Part shown: positions 18,763 to 27,608 of the stretch, one piece after another | Layout: every line of letters begins with the position of its first letter | How positions within the stretch are numbered: the stretch's first letter is position 1 | Assembly: GCA_030600545.1 (NCBI GenBank) | Contig: JAUVLV010000001.1 | Location: forward strand, 17,268 to 81,267 | Reading direction: 5' to 3' | Length of the DNA stretch: 64,000 nt | DNA from: Candidatus Aegiribacteria sp. | Lineage (GTDB): Bacteria > Fermentibacterota > Fermentibacteria > Fermentibacterales > JCC-6 | Position numbers and translations under genes: made by a program | The notes under the pieces: generated by a model | The model's database searches: none | Told to the model about the DNA's origin: nothing | Seen by the model: only the letters and a program-made list of their open reading frames with translations

Positions 18763-19511
18763 CCGCTGTTAAAGTCAGAAATGCTGAACCGGAGATTCTA
18801 AGAACTGACAAACTGGTCAAGAAGTACCGGAAAAGGGCGGTCGTCAACGGTATATCCCTGTCCGTCAGGAGGGGGGAGATCGTTGGACTTCTTGGGCCGA
18901 ACGGGGCCGGGAAAACAACTACTTTCAACCAGATAGTAGGTTTCATCAGGCCTGACTCCGGTGATGTATATATGGATGATGTAACACTTACTCACCTGCC
19001 CATGTATAAAAGATGCAGGCTTGGAATAGGTTATCTGCCACAGGAATCAAGTGTGTTCAGAAAGCTTTCCGTTGCTGACAACCTGATGAGTATTCTTGAG
19101 ACAACCGGATTGAATAAGAAGGAGAGAAAGAAAAGACAGGCTCAACTCCTTGCGGATCTTGGAATTGAGAAGGTTGCTGATCAGAAGGCTTACACACTGT
19201 CCGGTGGAGAGAGAAGAAGAGTTGAGATAGCAAGAGCTCTTGTCACAGATCCTGCGTTTCTGCTTCTGGATGAACCCTTTGCGGGGATAGATCCTATAGC
19301 TGTTGATGATATTCAGTGTATCGTAAGGGAACTCAGGGTAAGGGGGCTTGGTATTCTCATCACCGATCATAACGTAAGGGAAACCCTTGAGATCACCGAC
19401 AGGGCGTATATCATGTACGATGGGAAGATTCTGATATCCGGTTCGGCTCAGGAGCTTGCAGACGACCCCGAAGCCAGAAAGATCTATCTGGGAGAAAGGT
19501 TCAGACTGTAG
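18759..19511 (+). CDS. lptB: LPS export ABC transporter ATPase
   Basis: GLLGPNGAGKTT Walker A, LSGGERRRVEIARAL signature, LLLDEPF Walker B. Confidence 0.95.
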   Translation: MTAVKVRNAEPEILRTDKLVKKYRKRAVVNGISLSVRRGEIVGLLGPNGAGKTTTFNQIVGFIRPDSGDVYMDDVTLTHLPMYKRCRLGIGYLPQESSVFRKLSVADNLMSILETTGLNKKERKKRQAQLLADLGIEKVADQKAYTLSGGERRRVEIARALVTDPAFLLLDEPFAGIDPIAVDDIQCIVRELRVRGLGILITDHNVRETLEITDRAYIMYDGKILISGSAQELADDPEARKIYLGERFRL

Positions 19512-19512
19512 T

Positions 19513-20952
19513 ATGGCCGATTTCAGGCTGAATCAGAATCTTCGAATGGTCCAGACCCAGAAACTGGCGCTTACCCAGAAGATCCGGCAGGCTCTGGAAA
19601 TTCTCCAGGTTCCATCCCTGGACCTTGAGAATCTGATAAAGCAGGAACTCCAGGAAAATCCACTTCTTGAGCAGAGCGGTCCTGAGGAAAGAAGAGTGGA
19701 TGAAAAAATTAATGCAGATGAGAACCGCGAGAGGGAAGAGTCATGGGACGAGGAGCCTTCCAGAAGCGACAGCAAGGAAGATGATACTCTCGATATTCTG
19801 AGGAAACTGGACGAGCACTCCGGTGACAGTTGTACAGGACCCTACCGTGGTGATGAGGAGCCCTGGATTCGTGAACCCCCAAGCGAATCAACGCTTTACG
19901 AGTTTCTCCTTAAACAGGTATGGTCGATCATGCTTCCCCGCGACCTTGAGGAAGCTGTGGTTTATGTTGTCTACTCTCTTAACAGGCATGGATTATTGTC
20001 ACTGCCGATTTATGAATTGCAGTCAGCATGGGAAGGAGACCCCGATCTCATTGTACAGGCAGTAAAGATCGTTCGTACTCTTGAACCCACCGGTGTTGGC
20101 GCGCTAAGCGCCAGCGGTGCTCTCGAGATGCAGCTGGAAGAACTGGGATACGAGCATGACAGTCTTGAGTACAGGATTGTAGCTGAGCATTTCAGTGAAA
20201 TCGCTGAGAGAAAGATCAAGGATATAGCAGCGGCAGAAGGCGTATCACCACATACGATTCAGGAAGCGGTTGATCGAATATCTGTTCTTAATCCGTGGCC
20301 TGGTAACGAATTCTCGTCTGCGGCAAATACGGCTGTAATACCTGACATTATCATTATCAAGATAGATGACCATTTCGAGGCAATTCTCAACGACAACAGA
20401 TTTCCGCATCTGATGATATCCACAAGGAACAGACGGATACTTGAATCACCCGGTACTTCCTCGAAGGAGAGGGAATACGTTAAGAATAAGTTCCGGAAAG
20501 CTTCATGGTTCATAAAAGCTATAAGACAGCGGCAGGAGACCGTCACCAGAATAGGAGAATTCATAGCTGATTACCAGAGGGATTTTTTCGAGCGGGGTAT
20601 TGAGGGATTGCGGCCCCTTACACTGCAGATTGTAGCCGATGTTCTTGGGTACAATCAGTCCACTATCAGTCGAGCTATAAACGGGAAGTACGTTCAGTCA
20701 CCAAAGGGAATTCACGAGATGAGGTTCTTCTTCAGCAGAGCTCTTCCGGGTGGCAGCGGGGAAGTCTCCAGCAGAACCGTCAAAGACGAACTCAGGAAAA
20801 TCATAGAAACGGAAGACGAGAGCAAACCTCTGTCCGACGCGAAGCTTGTTCTGGCACTGGAGGCGGCCGGTATGGAAGTCAAGAGGCGAACGGTCGCAAA
20901 TTACCGGTCGGAATTGAATATTCTATCCGCGAATAAAAGAAAAAGATACTGA
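19513..20952 (+). CDS. rpoN: RNA polymerase sigma-54 factor
   Basis: N-terminal Gln/Leu-rich region I (LRMVQTQKLALTQ), acidic region II, HTH and RpoN box (KRRTVANYR). Confidence 0.95.
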   Translation: MADFRLNQNLRMVQTQKLALTQKIRQALEILQVPSLDLENLIKQELQENPLLEQSGPEERRVDEKINADENREREESWDEEPSRSDSKEDDTLDILRKLDEHSGDSCTGPYRGDEEPWIREPPSESTLYEFLLKQVWSIMLPRDLEEAVVYVVYSLNRHGLLSLPIYELQSAWEGDPDLIVQAVKIVRTLEPTGVGALSASGALEMQLEELGYEHDSLEYRIVAEHFSEIAERKIKDIAAAEGVSPHTIQEAVDRISVLNPWPGNEFSSAANTAVIPDIIIIKIDDHFEAILNDNRFPHLMISTRNRRILESPGTSSKEREYVKNKFRKASWFIKAIRQRQETVTRIGEFIADYQRDFFERGIEGLRPLTLQIVADVLGYNQSTISRAINGKYVQSPKGIHEMRFFFSRALPGGSGEVSSRTVKDELRKIIETEDESKPLSDAKLVLALEAAGMEVKRRTVANYRSELNILSANKRKRY

Positions 20953-20973
20953 TTATCCGGAAAGGCGGTACCG

Positions 20974-21465
20974 ATGGATAAACCCGGAATTGAACTTGTA
21001 AACATCGATTTTCCCGAAGGCTGTAACATTATTTTCGGGCAGTCCCACTTTATTAAAACCGTTGAAGATCTGTACGAAGCGGTAATAGGCACTGTTCCCG
21101 GAGCCCGGTTCGGATTGGCATTCTCCGAAAGCTCGGGCCCGAGACTGATAAGAAGCGACGGGAGTGACCTTGAGCTGAAATCTATCGCTGAGAAGAACCT
21201 TCTGAAGCTTGGATGCGGCCACACTTTCCTTATTGTGTTGAACGGAGTTTTTCCAATACAGATATTGAATCAGGTGAAAAATGTGCCCGAAGTCTGCAGG
21301 ATCTACTGTGCCACAGCCAATCCGCTGCAGGTTATTGTCGGTCGGTCGCAACAGGGAGGCGGGGTTATGGGAGTAATAGATGGAGAACCGCCACTTGCCG
21401 TTGAAATAGAAGAGGATATCGAAAATCGTGTCGAACTCCTGAAAAGAATAGGGTACAAAAGATAG
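20974..21465 (+). CDS. adenosine-specific kinase family protein (PF04008-like)
   Basis: FGQSHFIKTVEDLYEAV and IYCATANP motifs, recalled from the archaeal-type adenosine_kin family. Not verified by search. Confidence 0.55.
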   Translation: MDKPGIELVNIDFPEGCNIIFGQSHFIKTVEDLYEAVIGTVPGARFGLAFSESSGPRLIRSDGSDLELKSIAEKNLLKLGCGHTFLIVLNGVFPIQILNQVKNVPEVCRIYCATANPLQVIVGRSQQGGGVMGVIDGEPPLAVEIEEDIENRVELLKRIGYKR

Positions 21466-21475
21466 TATCCCGTAT

Positions 21476-22408
21476 TTAACTCCCTTCGCGTATCCAATCG
21501 AACGTATTTTTTATTGCTTCCTCAACCGGAATTGATGGTTCCCATCCAGTTAGCATGTTTGTCAGGCCATCCTCTATGGGCCATTCCGCTGCCAGCAGTT
21601 CCCTGCATTTGTCCCTGCTGAAGAAAGATGCTGTTCCGGCAGCGGACGCAAGGGCTTCCGACATGAATCCCGCGGCGCGAACCAGAAAGGGAGGAATTCT
21701 GATATGAAGTATTCTTCTGCCAGCCGCTTCTTCCAGGATCCTATGGAAATCCTTCCATGAGAAGAGTTTCCCGTAGGATGGTTCAAGTGTCTTTCCAACA
21801 GCGTCACTATAATCCGGAAGGTCTGCTATCAGTCTCGCGAGGTCCCTGACGTAAACCAGACAGAACCCTTTACCGTTTATCAAGGGGGATACGAAAATAC
21901 CTTTTAGAGCAAGTTTCATTACAGGTGTGGAAGCCGGATCGCCGGGCCCGAAAATTGCAGGGGGACGCAATATCACCCAGTTGTCCGTATCCCTGACGGC
22001 GAATTCTCCCAGAAGTTTGCTTCTTCCGTAATCGGTTACAGGTCCGTTTCCTGTCGGTCCCGATGCTGCCTGGCTGGAAACGAAGATGAAGAGGGCGTTC
22101 GACGCATACCTCTCTCTTGCGGTCAGAATATTCTTCGTTACAAGAGCGTTGGCTCTGTCGAATTCCTCCTGGCTTGCGGCACTGGTCGCGCCGGCTGCGT
22201 GTACAATCATATCGGCATCGGCAATTGCCTCAGCCATCGAATCCGGATTCATAAAGTCCACTCGCGCAAATTCACATTCATCGGGCAAATTTCTCAGCGA
22301 TGAGGATTCCCTCAGAAGGGCGTGAACAGACATGCCCTTGTCCATCATTATCTTTATAATATGACTTCCGAGGAAACCTGAAGCGCCGGTAATTATTGCT
22401 TTATTCAT
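21476..22408 (-). CDS. NAD(P)-dependent epimerase/dehydratase-fold (extended SDR) oxidoreductase; candidate ceramide reductase
   Basis: ITGASGFLGSH Rossmann motif, YGRSK catalytic pair. Start taken at MNKAIITG (ATG 22408). Divergent from the Spt-like gene. Confidence 0.75.
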   Translation of the reverse strand: MNKAIITGASGFLGSHIIKIMMDKGMSVHALLRESSSLRNLPDECEFARVDFMNPDSMAEAIADADMIVHAAGATSAASQEEFDRANALVTKNILTARERYASNALFIFVSSQAASGPTGNGPVTDYGRSKLLGEFAVRDTDNWVILRPPAIFGPGDPASTPVMKLALKGIFVSPLINGKGFCLVYVRDLARLIADLPDYSDAVGKTLEPSYGKLFSWKDFHRILEEAAGRRILHIRIPPFLVRAAGFMSEALASAAGTASFFSRDKCRELLAAEWPIEDGLTNMLTGWEPSIPVEEAIKNTFDWIREGS

Positions 22409-22497
22409 ATTTGCCGGAATCCGTTGACTTTTGAGGGTATACTGATTAATTTCTTCCGCAATGCTACATATTGATTCAACCAATGACAAGGTGTAAT

Positions 22498-23691
22498 ATG
22501 AATAACCTGCCCAACGATGTATTTCAGAAATGTTACGATTACGAAAGACTTGATAAGGTGGTTAAATCAGGTCTCTATCCATACTTTGTACCACTGAGCG
22601 GGCATGTCGGGGCAGAAATGGAGATCGAAGGCCACAGTATAATCATGCTGGGTTCGAACAATTATCTGGGTCTTACCGATCATCCAAAGATTATGGAGAA
22701 GGCGAAGGAAGCCATTGATAAGTACGGCACCGGTTGTACCGGAAGCCGGTTTCTGAACGGAACTCTTGACCTCCATATCGAGCTTGAGGAAAGACTGGCA
22801 CAATTTCTCAATAAGGAAATGGTTATCACTTTCAGTACAGGGTTCCAGTCCAACCTGGGGGTCATTTCAACTATTGCAGGCCGTAACGACATCATATATC
22901 TGGACAGGTTGGATCACGCATCAATAATTGATGGTGCAAGAATGAGCTACGGCAGAGTTTTGAAATTCAGGCATAACGATCATGAGCATCTAAGGTACCT
23001 GCTGGAAAATAACAGGGAACATCCAGGCGTGATTGTCACCGATGGTGTTTTCAGCATGGAGGGAGACCTGGCCAATATTCCCGGCCTGATCGAGATAAGC
23101 AGGGAATTTGGAGTAAGGCTGATAGTTGACGATGCACACGGAGTAGGTGCCATGGGTCCAAGGGGCAGAGGAACGGCCGAGCATTTCGGGTGCCATGATG
23201 AAGTGGATATACTCGTTGGTACATTCAGTAAATCTTTTGCATGTGTTGGAGGATTCGCGGCGGGACCTGCCAGAGTAATGGATTATATCAAGCATACCGC
23301 CAGGACTATGATATTCTCCGCAAGCCTTCCACCTGCAGCTGTAGCGACTGTTATTGCAGCGCTCGATGTTTTGGAGCAGGAACCGGAACTTATTTCCAAT
23401 TCTCACAGGGCTGCCGAGAGGGCCAGGCAGGGACTGGCCTCATTGGGATTCAATGTAGGCAATTCCGAAACGCCGATTGTACCGATAATTGTAGGAGACG
23501 AGTATCAGACACTTCTGTTTTGGAAGAGACTTTTTCAGGAAGGGGTTTTTGCCAATCCTGTTATCAGCCCCGCGGTTGCCAATGGGGGTGAAATGCTGCG
23601 AACCAGCTATATGGCTACCCATACCGATGATATGATAGATCGAGCGCTGGATATTTTCGAGAAGTGCGGCAAAGAACTCGATTTAATTTAA
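22498..23691 (+). CDS. spt: alpha-oxoamine synthase, serine palmitoyltransferase-like
   Basis: GSNNYLGL, GSRFLNGT, FSTGFQSN, DHASIIDG, DDAHGVG and GTFSKSF (PLP lysine) motifs. This pattern fits Spt better than Kbl or BioF. Confidence 0.7.
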   Translation: MNNLPNDVFQKCYDYERLDKVVKSGLYPYFVPLSGHVGAEMEIEGHSIIMLGSNNYLGLTDHPKIMEKAKEAIDKYGTGCTGSRFLNGTLDLHIELEERLAQFLNKEMVITFSTGFQSNLGVISTIAGRNDIIYLDRLDHASIIDGARMSYGRVLKFRHNDHEHLRYLLENNREHPGVIVTDGVFSMEGDLANIPGLIEISREFGVRLIVDDAHGVGAMGPRGRGTAEHFGCHDEVDILVGTFSKSFACVGGFAAGPARVMDYIKHTARTMIFSASLPPAAVATVIAALDVLEQEPELISNSHRAAERARQGLASLGFNVGNSETPIVPIIVGDEYQTLLFWKRLFQEGVFANPVISPAVANGGEMLRTSYMATHTDDMIDRALDIFEKCGKELDLI

Positions 23692-23704
23692 TCCTGGAGG
23701 TTCG

Positions 23705-24829
23705 ATGTCCTTTTCAATCGAGGAAGTAAACGGCAGGAAGCTGCTTCGTGAATTCATAAACCTCCCTTTCGAACTGTACAGTAACGATCCCAACTGGGTA
23801 CCTCCGGTGAAGTATTTCCAGAGGGAGCTTTTCAACAGGAAGAAGCATCCTTTCCATGAGCATGGGGAAGTAACTGTATTCCTGGCCAGAAATGGGGAAG
23901 GCGGGGTTGTTGGCCGGATCGTATCCATCGTAAATCACGCACACAACGATTACCATAATGAAAGAACAGGATTCTTCGGATTTCTGGAGGCAGCGAAAGA
24001 CGAAGAACTTTTCAGCCTTCTCCTGTCAGCTGCCGAAGAGAAACTGCGTACAGCCGGCATGGATAAGGCCCGGGGGCCTATGAATTTCTCCACAAATGAG
24101 GAATGCGGACTCATGGTCAGAGGGTTCGATTCCCCTCCGCTGATTATGATGACCTACAATCCGCCCTGGTATGCGGATATGATTGAGGGAACAGGTTACA
24201 GGAAGTTAAAGGATCTCTACGCCTACTACCTTGATTCAGCTGTTTCTGACTATTCAAGAATATCACGGGTAGCGGGGCTTGTCAGAAAGAGGGCAAATGC
24301 GGTCATCAGGGATATTTCCGTAAAACATATTCATAAAGAGGTTCCCATAATAATGGATATCTACAATGAATGCTGGGAGGATAACTGGGGATTCGTTCCC
24401 ATGACCCAGCTGGAAATAGATATGATGGCGGACGAACTCAGGATGACAATGATTCCTCAGCTTGCTCCGATAGTTGAAATAGATGGAGAACCGGTAGCTT
24501 TCGCAGTTGCCATTCCCGACGCGAATCAGGCATTCAAGCGAGCTGGGGGAAGCCTTTTCAAGGCTGTTATTGCACTGAAAGTGCCACTGTTCAGAACAAG
24601 TATCAATCAGGTAAGGGTGCTGCTTCTGGGAGTCAGAAAGGCATTTCGTGGACGGGGCCTTGAAGCCCTGCTGATCGACAGAATCATCGAGTCAAGTAAA
24701 AAGAGAGGCATGGGAAGAGGAGAACTTTCATGGATTCTGGAAGATAACGAGCCTATGAGAAGGATACTCGAGAAGACTTTTCATGCTGATCAGTATCGAA
24801 CTTACAGGATATATCAGAAGAATATTTGA
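23705..24829 (+). CDS. GNAT-fold N-acyltransferase (374 aa); candidate bacterial ceramide synthase
   Basis: C-terminal GNAT core (VRKAFRGRGLEALLIDRII) and N-terminal LPFELYSNDPNWVPP motif. It starts 13 nt after the Spt-like gene. Confidence 0.55.
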   Translation: MSFSIEEVNGRKLLREFINLPFELYSNDPNWVPPVKYFQRELFNRKKHPFHEHGEVTVFLARNGEGGVVGRIVSIVNHAHNDYHNERTGFFGFLEAAKDEELFSLLLSAAEEKLRTAGMDKARGPMNFSTNEECGLMVRGFDSPPLIMMTYNPPWYADMIEGTGYRKLKDLYAYYLDSAVSDYSRISRVAGLVRKRANAVIRDISVKHIHKEVPIIMDIYNECWEDNWGFVPMTQLEIDMMADELRMTMIPQLAPIVEIDGEPVAFAVAIPDANQAFKRAGGSLFKAVIALKVPLFRTSINQVRVLLLGVRKAFRGRGLEALLIDRIIESSKKRGMGRGELSWILEDNEPMRRILEKTFHADQYRTYRIYQKNI

Positions 24830-24844
24830 TTTAGAAGGACAAGA

Positions 24845-26632
24845 ATGACCTCAGAAGAACTCAAACAACTCTATTTTGACTTTTTCATCGGGAAGGGTCA
24901 TACCATAATCCAGGGGGCTTCACTTATTCCCCAGGAGGATTCTACCATACTTTACACCCCCGCGGGAATGCAGCCTCTTGTACCATATTTGCTTGGAGAA
25001 AAGCATCCGGCGGGCAGAAGACTCGTGGATGTTCAGAAATGCATCCGCACGGGAGACATCGAAGAGGTAGGAGACTCATCCCACCTGACTTTTTTCGAGA
25101 TGCTGGGAAACTGGTCCCTTGGTGATTACTTCAAACGTGATTCCATCACCTGGAGTTTCGAGTTTCTTACATCCGGTGAGTGGCTGGGTTTCAGACCTGA
25201 GCAGCTTCACGTAACTGTATTTGCCGGGGATGATGTTGTTCCTCCCGATGAGGAGGCTGCATCGATCTGGGAAGAAGTCGGGATTCCCCGTGAACGGATA
25301 TATTTTCTGGGAAGGAATGATAACTGGTGGGGGCCAACGGGTAATACGGGACCCTGCGGACCCGACACCGAGATCTTCATCGACACCGGAAAACCATCCT
25401 GCGGCCCCGGCTGTAAACCGGGCTGCGGCTGCGGTAAGTACTTCGAGATATGGAACGATGTTTTCATGGAATACCGCAAAACCGCCGCTGGCCGGTACGT
25501 TCCCCTTGAACGGAAGAACGTTGATACTGGAATGGGAGTTGCCAGGACAGTCGCTATGATGAATGGCTGCGAAACGATTTACGATATACCACAGTTCCGG
25601 CCTCTTTTCGGATTTTTGAAAAAGCTTTCAGGACTCGGCTCTGAACCTGATGACCAGGCACTGAGATCCCTCCGGATAATATCCGACCATATAAGAACAG
25701 CAACACACATCCTTGGGGATGACCAGGGTATTCCACCCTCGAATCTTGACAGAGGGTACGTACTCAGAAGGCTTATTCGTCTTGCTGTAAGGCACGGAAG
25801 GAAACTCGGCATAGATGATCCGTTTACCTCGAGGCTTGCAGAGATCGTCATCGATGCGGAATCCCCGGTTCATGAGGAATTAGCGCGGAATCGGAAATTC
25901 ATTCTTGATGAGCTATCAATGGAGGAATCAAGATTTGAAAAGACACTACAATCCGGTCTTCGCGAATTCGAGAAGCTCCTTCCGAATCTGATGAGGAATC
26001 CCGCGAGAACCATCCCTGGAAGAATCGCTTTCAGACTATACGATACGTTCGGCTTCCCTGTTGAATTCACTGCTGAACTCGCCTCAGAAAACGGAATGAC
26101 AGTTGACATGGAAGGTTACGTTAAAGCCTTCGATAAGCATAGAGAGCTTTCCAGGCAGGGAGGAGAGGAAAAATTCAAGGGAGGTCTTTCCGATAACAGC
26201 GAAATGGTGACCAGGCTTCATACCGCAACCCATCTTCTTCATCAGGCTCTGAAGGAAATCCTGGGAGATCACGTTGAGCAGAAAGGAAGCAATATAACCG
26301 AGAAAAGGCTGCGTTTCGATTTCAGCCATTCCGAAAAAATGACGCACGAAGAAATCGTACTGGTTGAAAACAGGGTCAATGAAATTATAAAAGCCGACTT
26401 GCCTGTTATCTGTGAAGAGACTCAACTTGAAAACGCGCTTGAAATGGGTGCCATTGGCCTGTTCAGAAACAAGTACGGTGATATGGTGAAGGTTTACAGA
26501 ATTGGAGATTTCTCACTTGAGATCTGCGGAGGTCCTCACGCCGGCAGGACCGGCGAACTTGGCAGATTCAGGATATTGAAGGAAATGAGCTCCTCAAGTG
26601 GTGTAAGAAGAATAAGGGCGGTACTGGAATGA
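24845..26632 (+). CDS. alaS: alanine--tRNA ligase, short form (catalytic + editing domains, no C-Ala/DHHA1 domain)
   Basis: FFIGKGH, PAGMQP, FFEMLGNWSLGDYF, GPCGPDTEIF, editing HTATHLLHQAL and CGGPH motifs. It ends about 30 aa after CGGPH. Confidence 0.9.
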   Translation: MTSEELKQLYFDFFIGKGHTIIQGASLIPQEDSTILYTPAGMQPLVPYLLGEKHPAGRRLVDVQKCIRTGDIEEVGDSSHLTFFEMLGNWSLGDYFKRDSITWSFEFLTSGEWLGFRPEQLHVTVFAGDDVVPPDEEAASIWEEVGIPRERIYFLGRNDNWWGPTGNTGPCGPDTEIFIDTGKPSCGPGCKPGCGCGKYFEIWNDVFMEYRKTAAGRYVPLERKNVDTGMGVARTVAMMNGCETIYDIPQFRPLFGFLKKLSGLGSEPDDQALRSLRIISDHIRTATHILGDDQGIPPSNLDRGYVLRRLIRLAVRHGRKLGIDDPFTSRLAEIVIDAESPVHEELARNRKFILDELSMEESRFEKTLQSGLREFEKLLPNLMRNPARTIPGRIAFRLYDTFGFPVEFTAELASENGMTVDMEGYVKAFDKHRELSRQGGEEKFKGGLSDNSEMVTRLHTATHLLHQALKEILGDHVEQKGSNITEKRLRFDFSHSEKMTHEEIVLVENRVNEIIKADLPVICEETQLENALEMGAIGLFRNKYGDMVKVYRIGDFSLEICGGPHAGRTGELGRFRILKEMSSSSGVRRIRAVLE

Positions 26633-27567
26633 AATTTGCCATAACTGTATTTGCTATTCTGTTTATTACAACTGCTACAACCCTCGAGGCCGCTGAAATA
26701 CCGGATTTTTCGGGAACGTGGGAAACAACCTACGGCACACTGTTCCTCCAGCAGTATAATTCCAGTGTGAGCGGATATTATACCTACGATGGTTACTCCG
26801 CTGTTGAAGGTGAAGTGGGAGCAGACGGGAAGCTTGTTTTTACCTACAGCGAGCCTTCCGCCTCCGGTGAAGGCTGGTTCGAGCTTTCCAGCGATACCAT
26901 GAGCTTTTCCGGTATGTGGCGACCGGACGGGGGAGGCCAGTGGTACGAATGGGAAGGTTACAGGGCCGGCGCGGGGATAGCTCCGTCCAACTGGCTTGTA
27001 ATCCTCGAATCCGAATGGCAGTCATCCCTTTCCGAGGAGGAATACTCCTTCGGTGAAATGCTCGAAGCATGGTTTGCCAGGGTACCGGGGGTAAATGTAA
27101 GGCACAGGTTCGTGCATGATGTGGATGATCTTGCAGTTTTTTGTCTTGAATCATCAGGACTTCCGGGAAACCTTTACCTTGTAATAGCTTCCCACGGATC
27201 GTCTTCAGGCATAGAACTGGCATCGGGAGCTGTTTCTTCAAGGGAATTCATTGATGCCATAAGACCCTGCAATAATATTGCCATGATACATTTCAGCTGT
27301 TGTGAGATCATGTCCGGCAGAATGCCTGAAGGAATAATATCATCCAGAAGCGGATGGTCCGAGGGTTTCGTCGTTTCCGGATATTCGCGAAGTGTGGACT
27401 GGGGAGCCAGTGGTCTTATCGAGATATTCTATTTCAACCAGATGCTTGAGAATGGTCTTTCACCCTCCGATGCCGCAAACAGTGTTATCGATGATATAGA
27501 TTTCGCCGGGCAGTCATCTACAAAATGGATGGACGCCGCTGGATTCACCTGGGTGCAGGCTGAATGA
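26629..27567 (+). CDS. secreted two-domain hypothetical protein (possible clan-CD-like Cys peptidase domain)
   Basis: Signal peptide. N-terminal GTW...G.Y...GxWF beta-domain. C-terminal LVIASHGSSSG and IHFSCCEIMSG (His-Gly / Cys pattern). ATGA overlap with alaS. Confidence 0.5.
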   Translation: MKFAITVFAILFITTATTLEAAEIPDFSGTWETTYGTLFLQQYNSSVSGYYTYDGYSAVEGEVGADGKLVFTYSEPSASGEGWFELSSDTMSFSGMWRPDGGGQWYEWEGYRAGAGIAPSNWLVILESEWQSSLSEEEYSFGEMLEAWFARVPGVNVRHRFVHDVDDLAVFCLESSGLPGNLYLVIASHGSSSGIELASGAVSSREFIDAIRPCNNIAMIHFSCCEIMSGRMPEGIISSRSGWSEGFVVSGYSRSVDWGASGLIEIFYFNQMLENGLSPSDAANSVIDDIDFAGQSSTKWMDAAGFTWVQAE

Positions 27568-27608
27568 AAACATATTTACCGGATATTTCATGAAAGGATG
27601 TCGAACTG

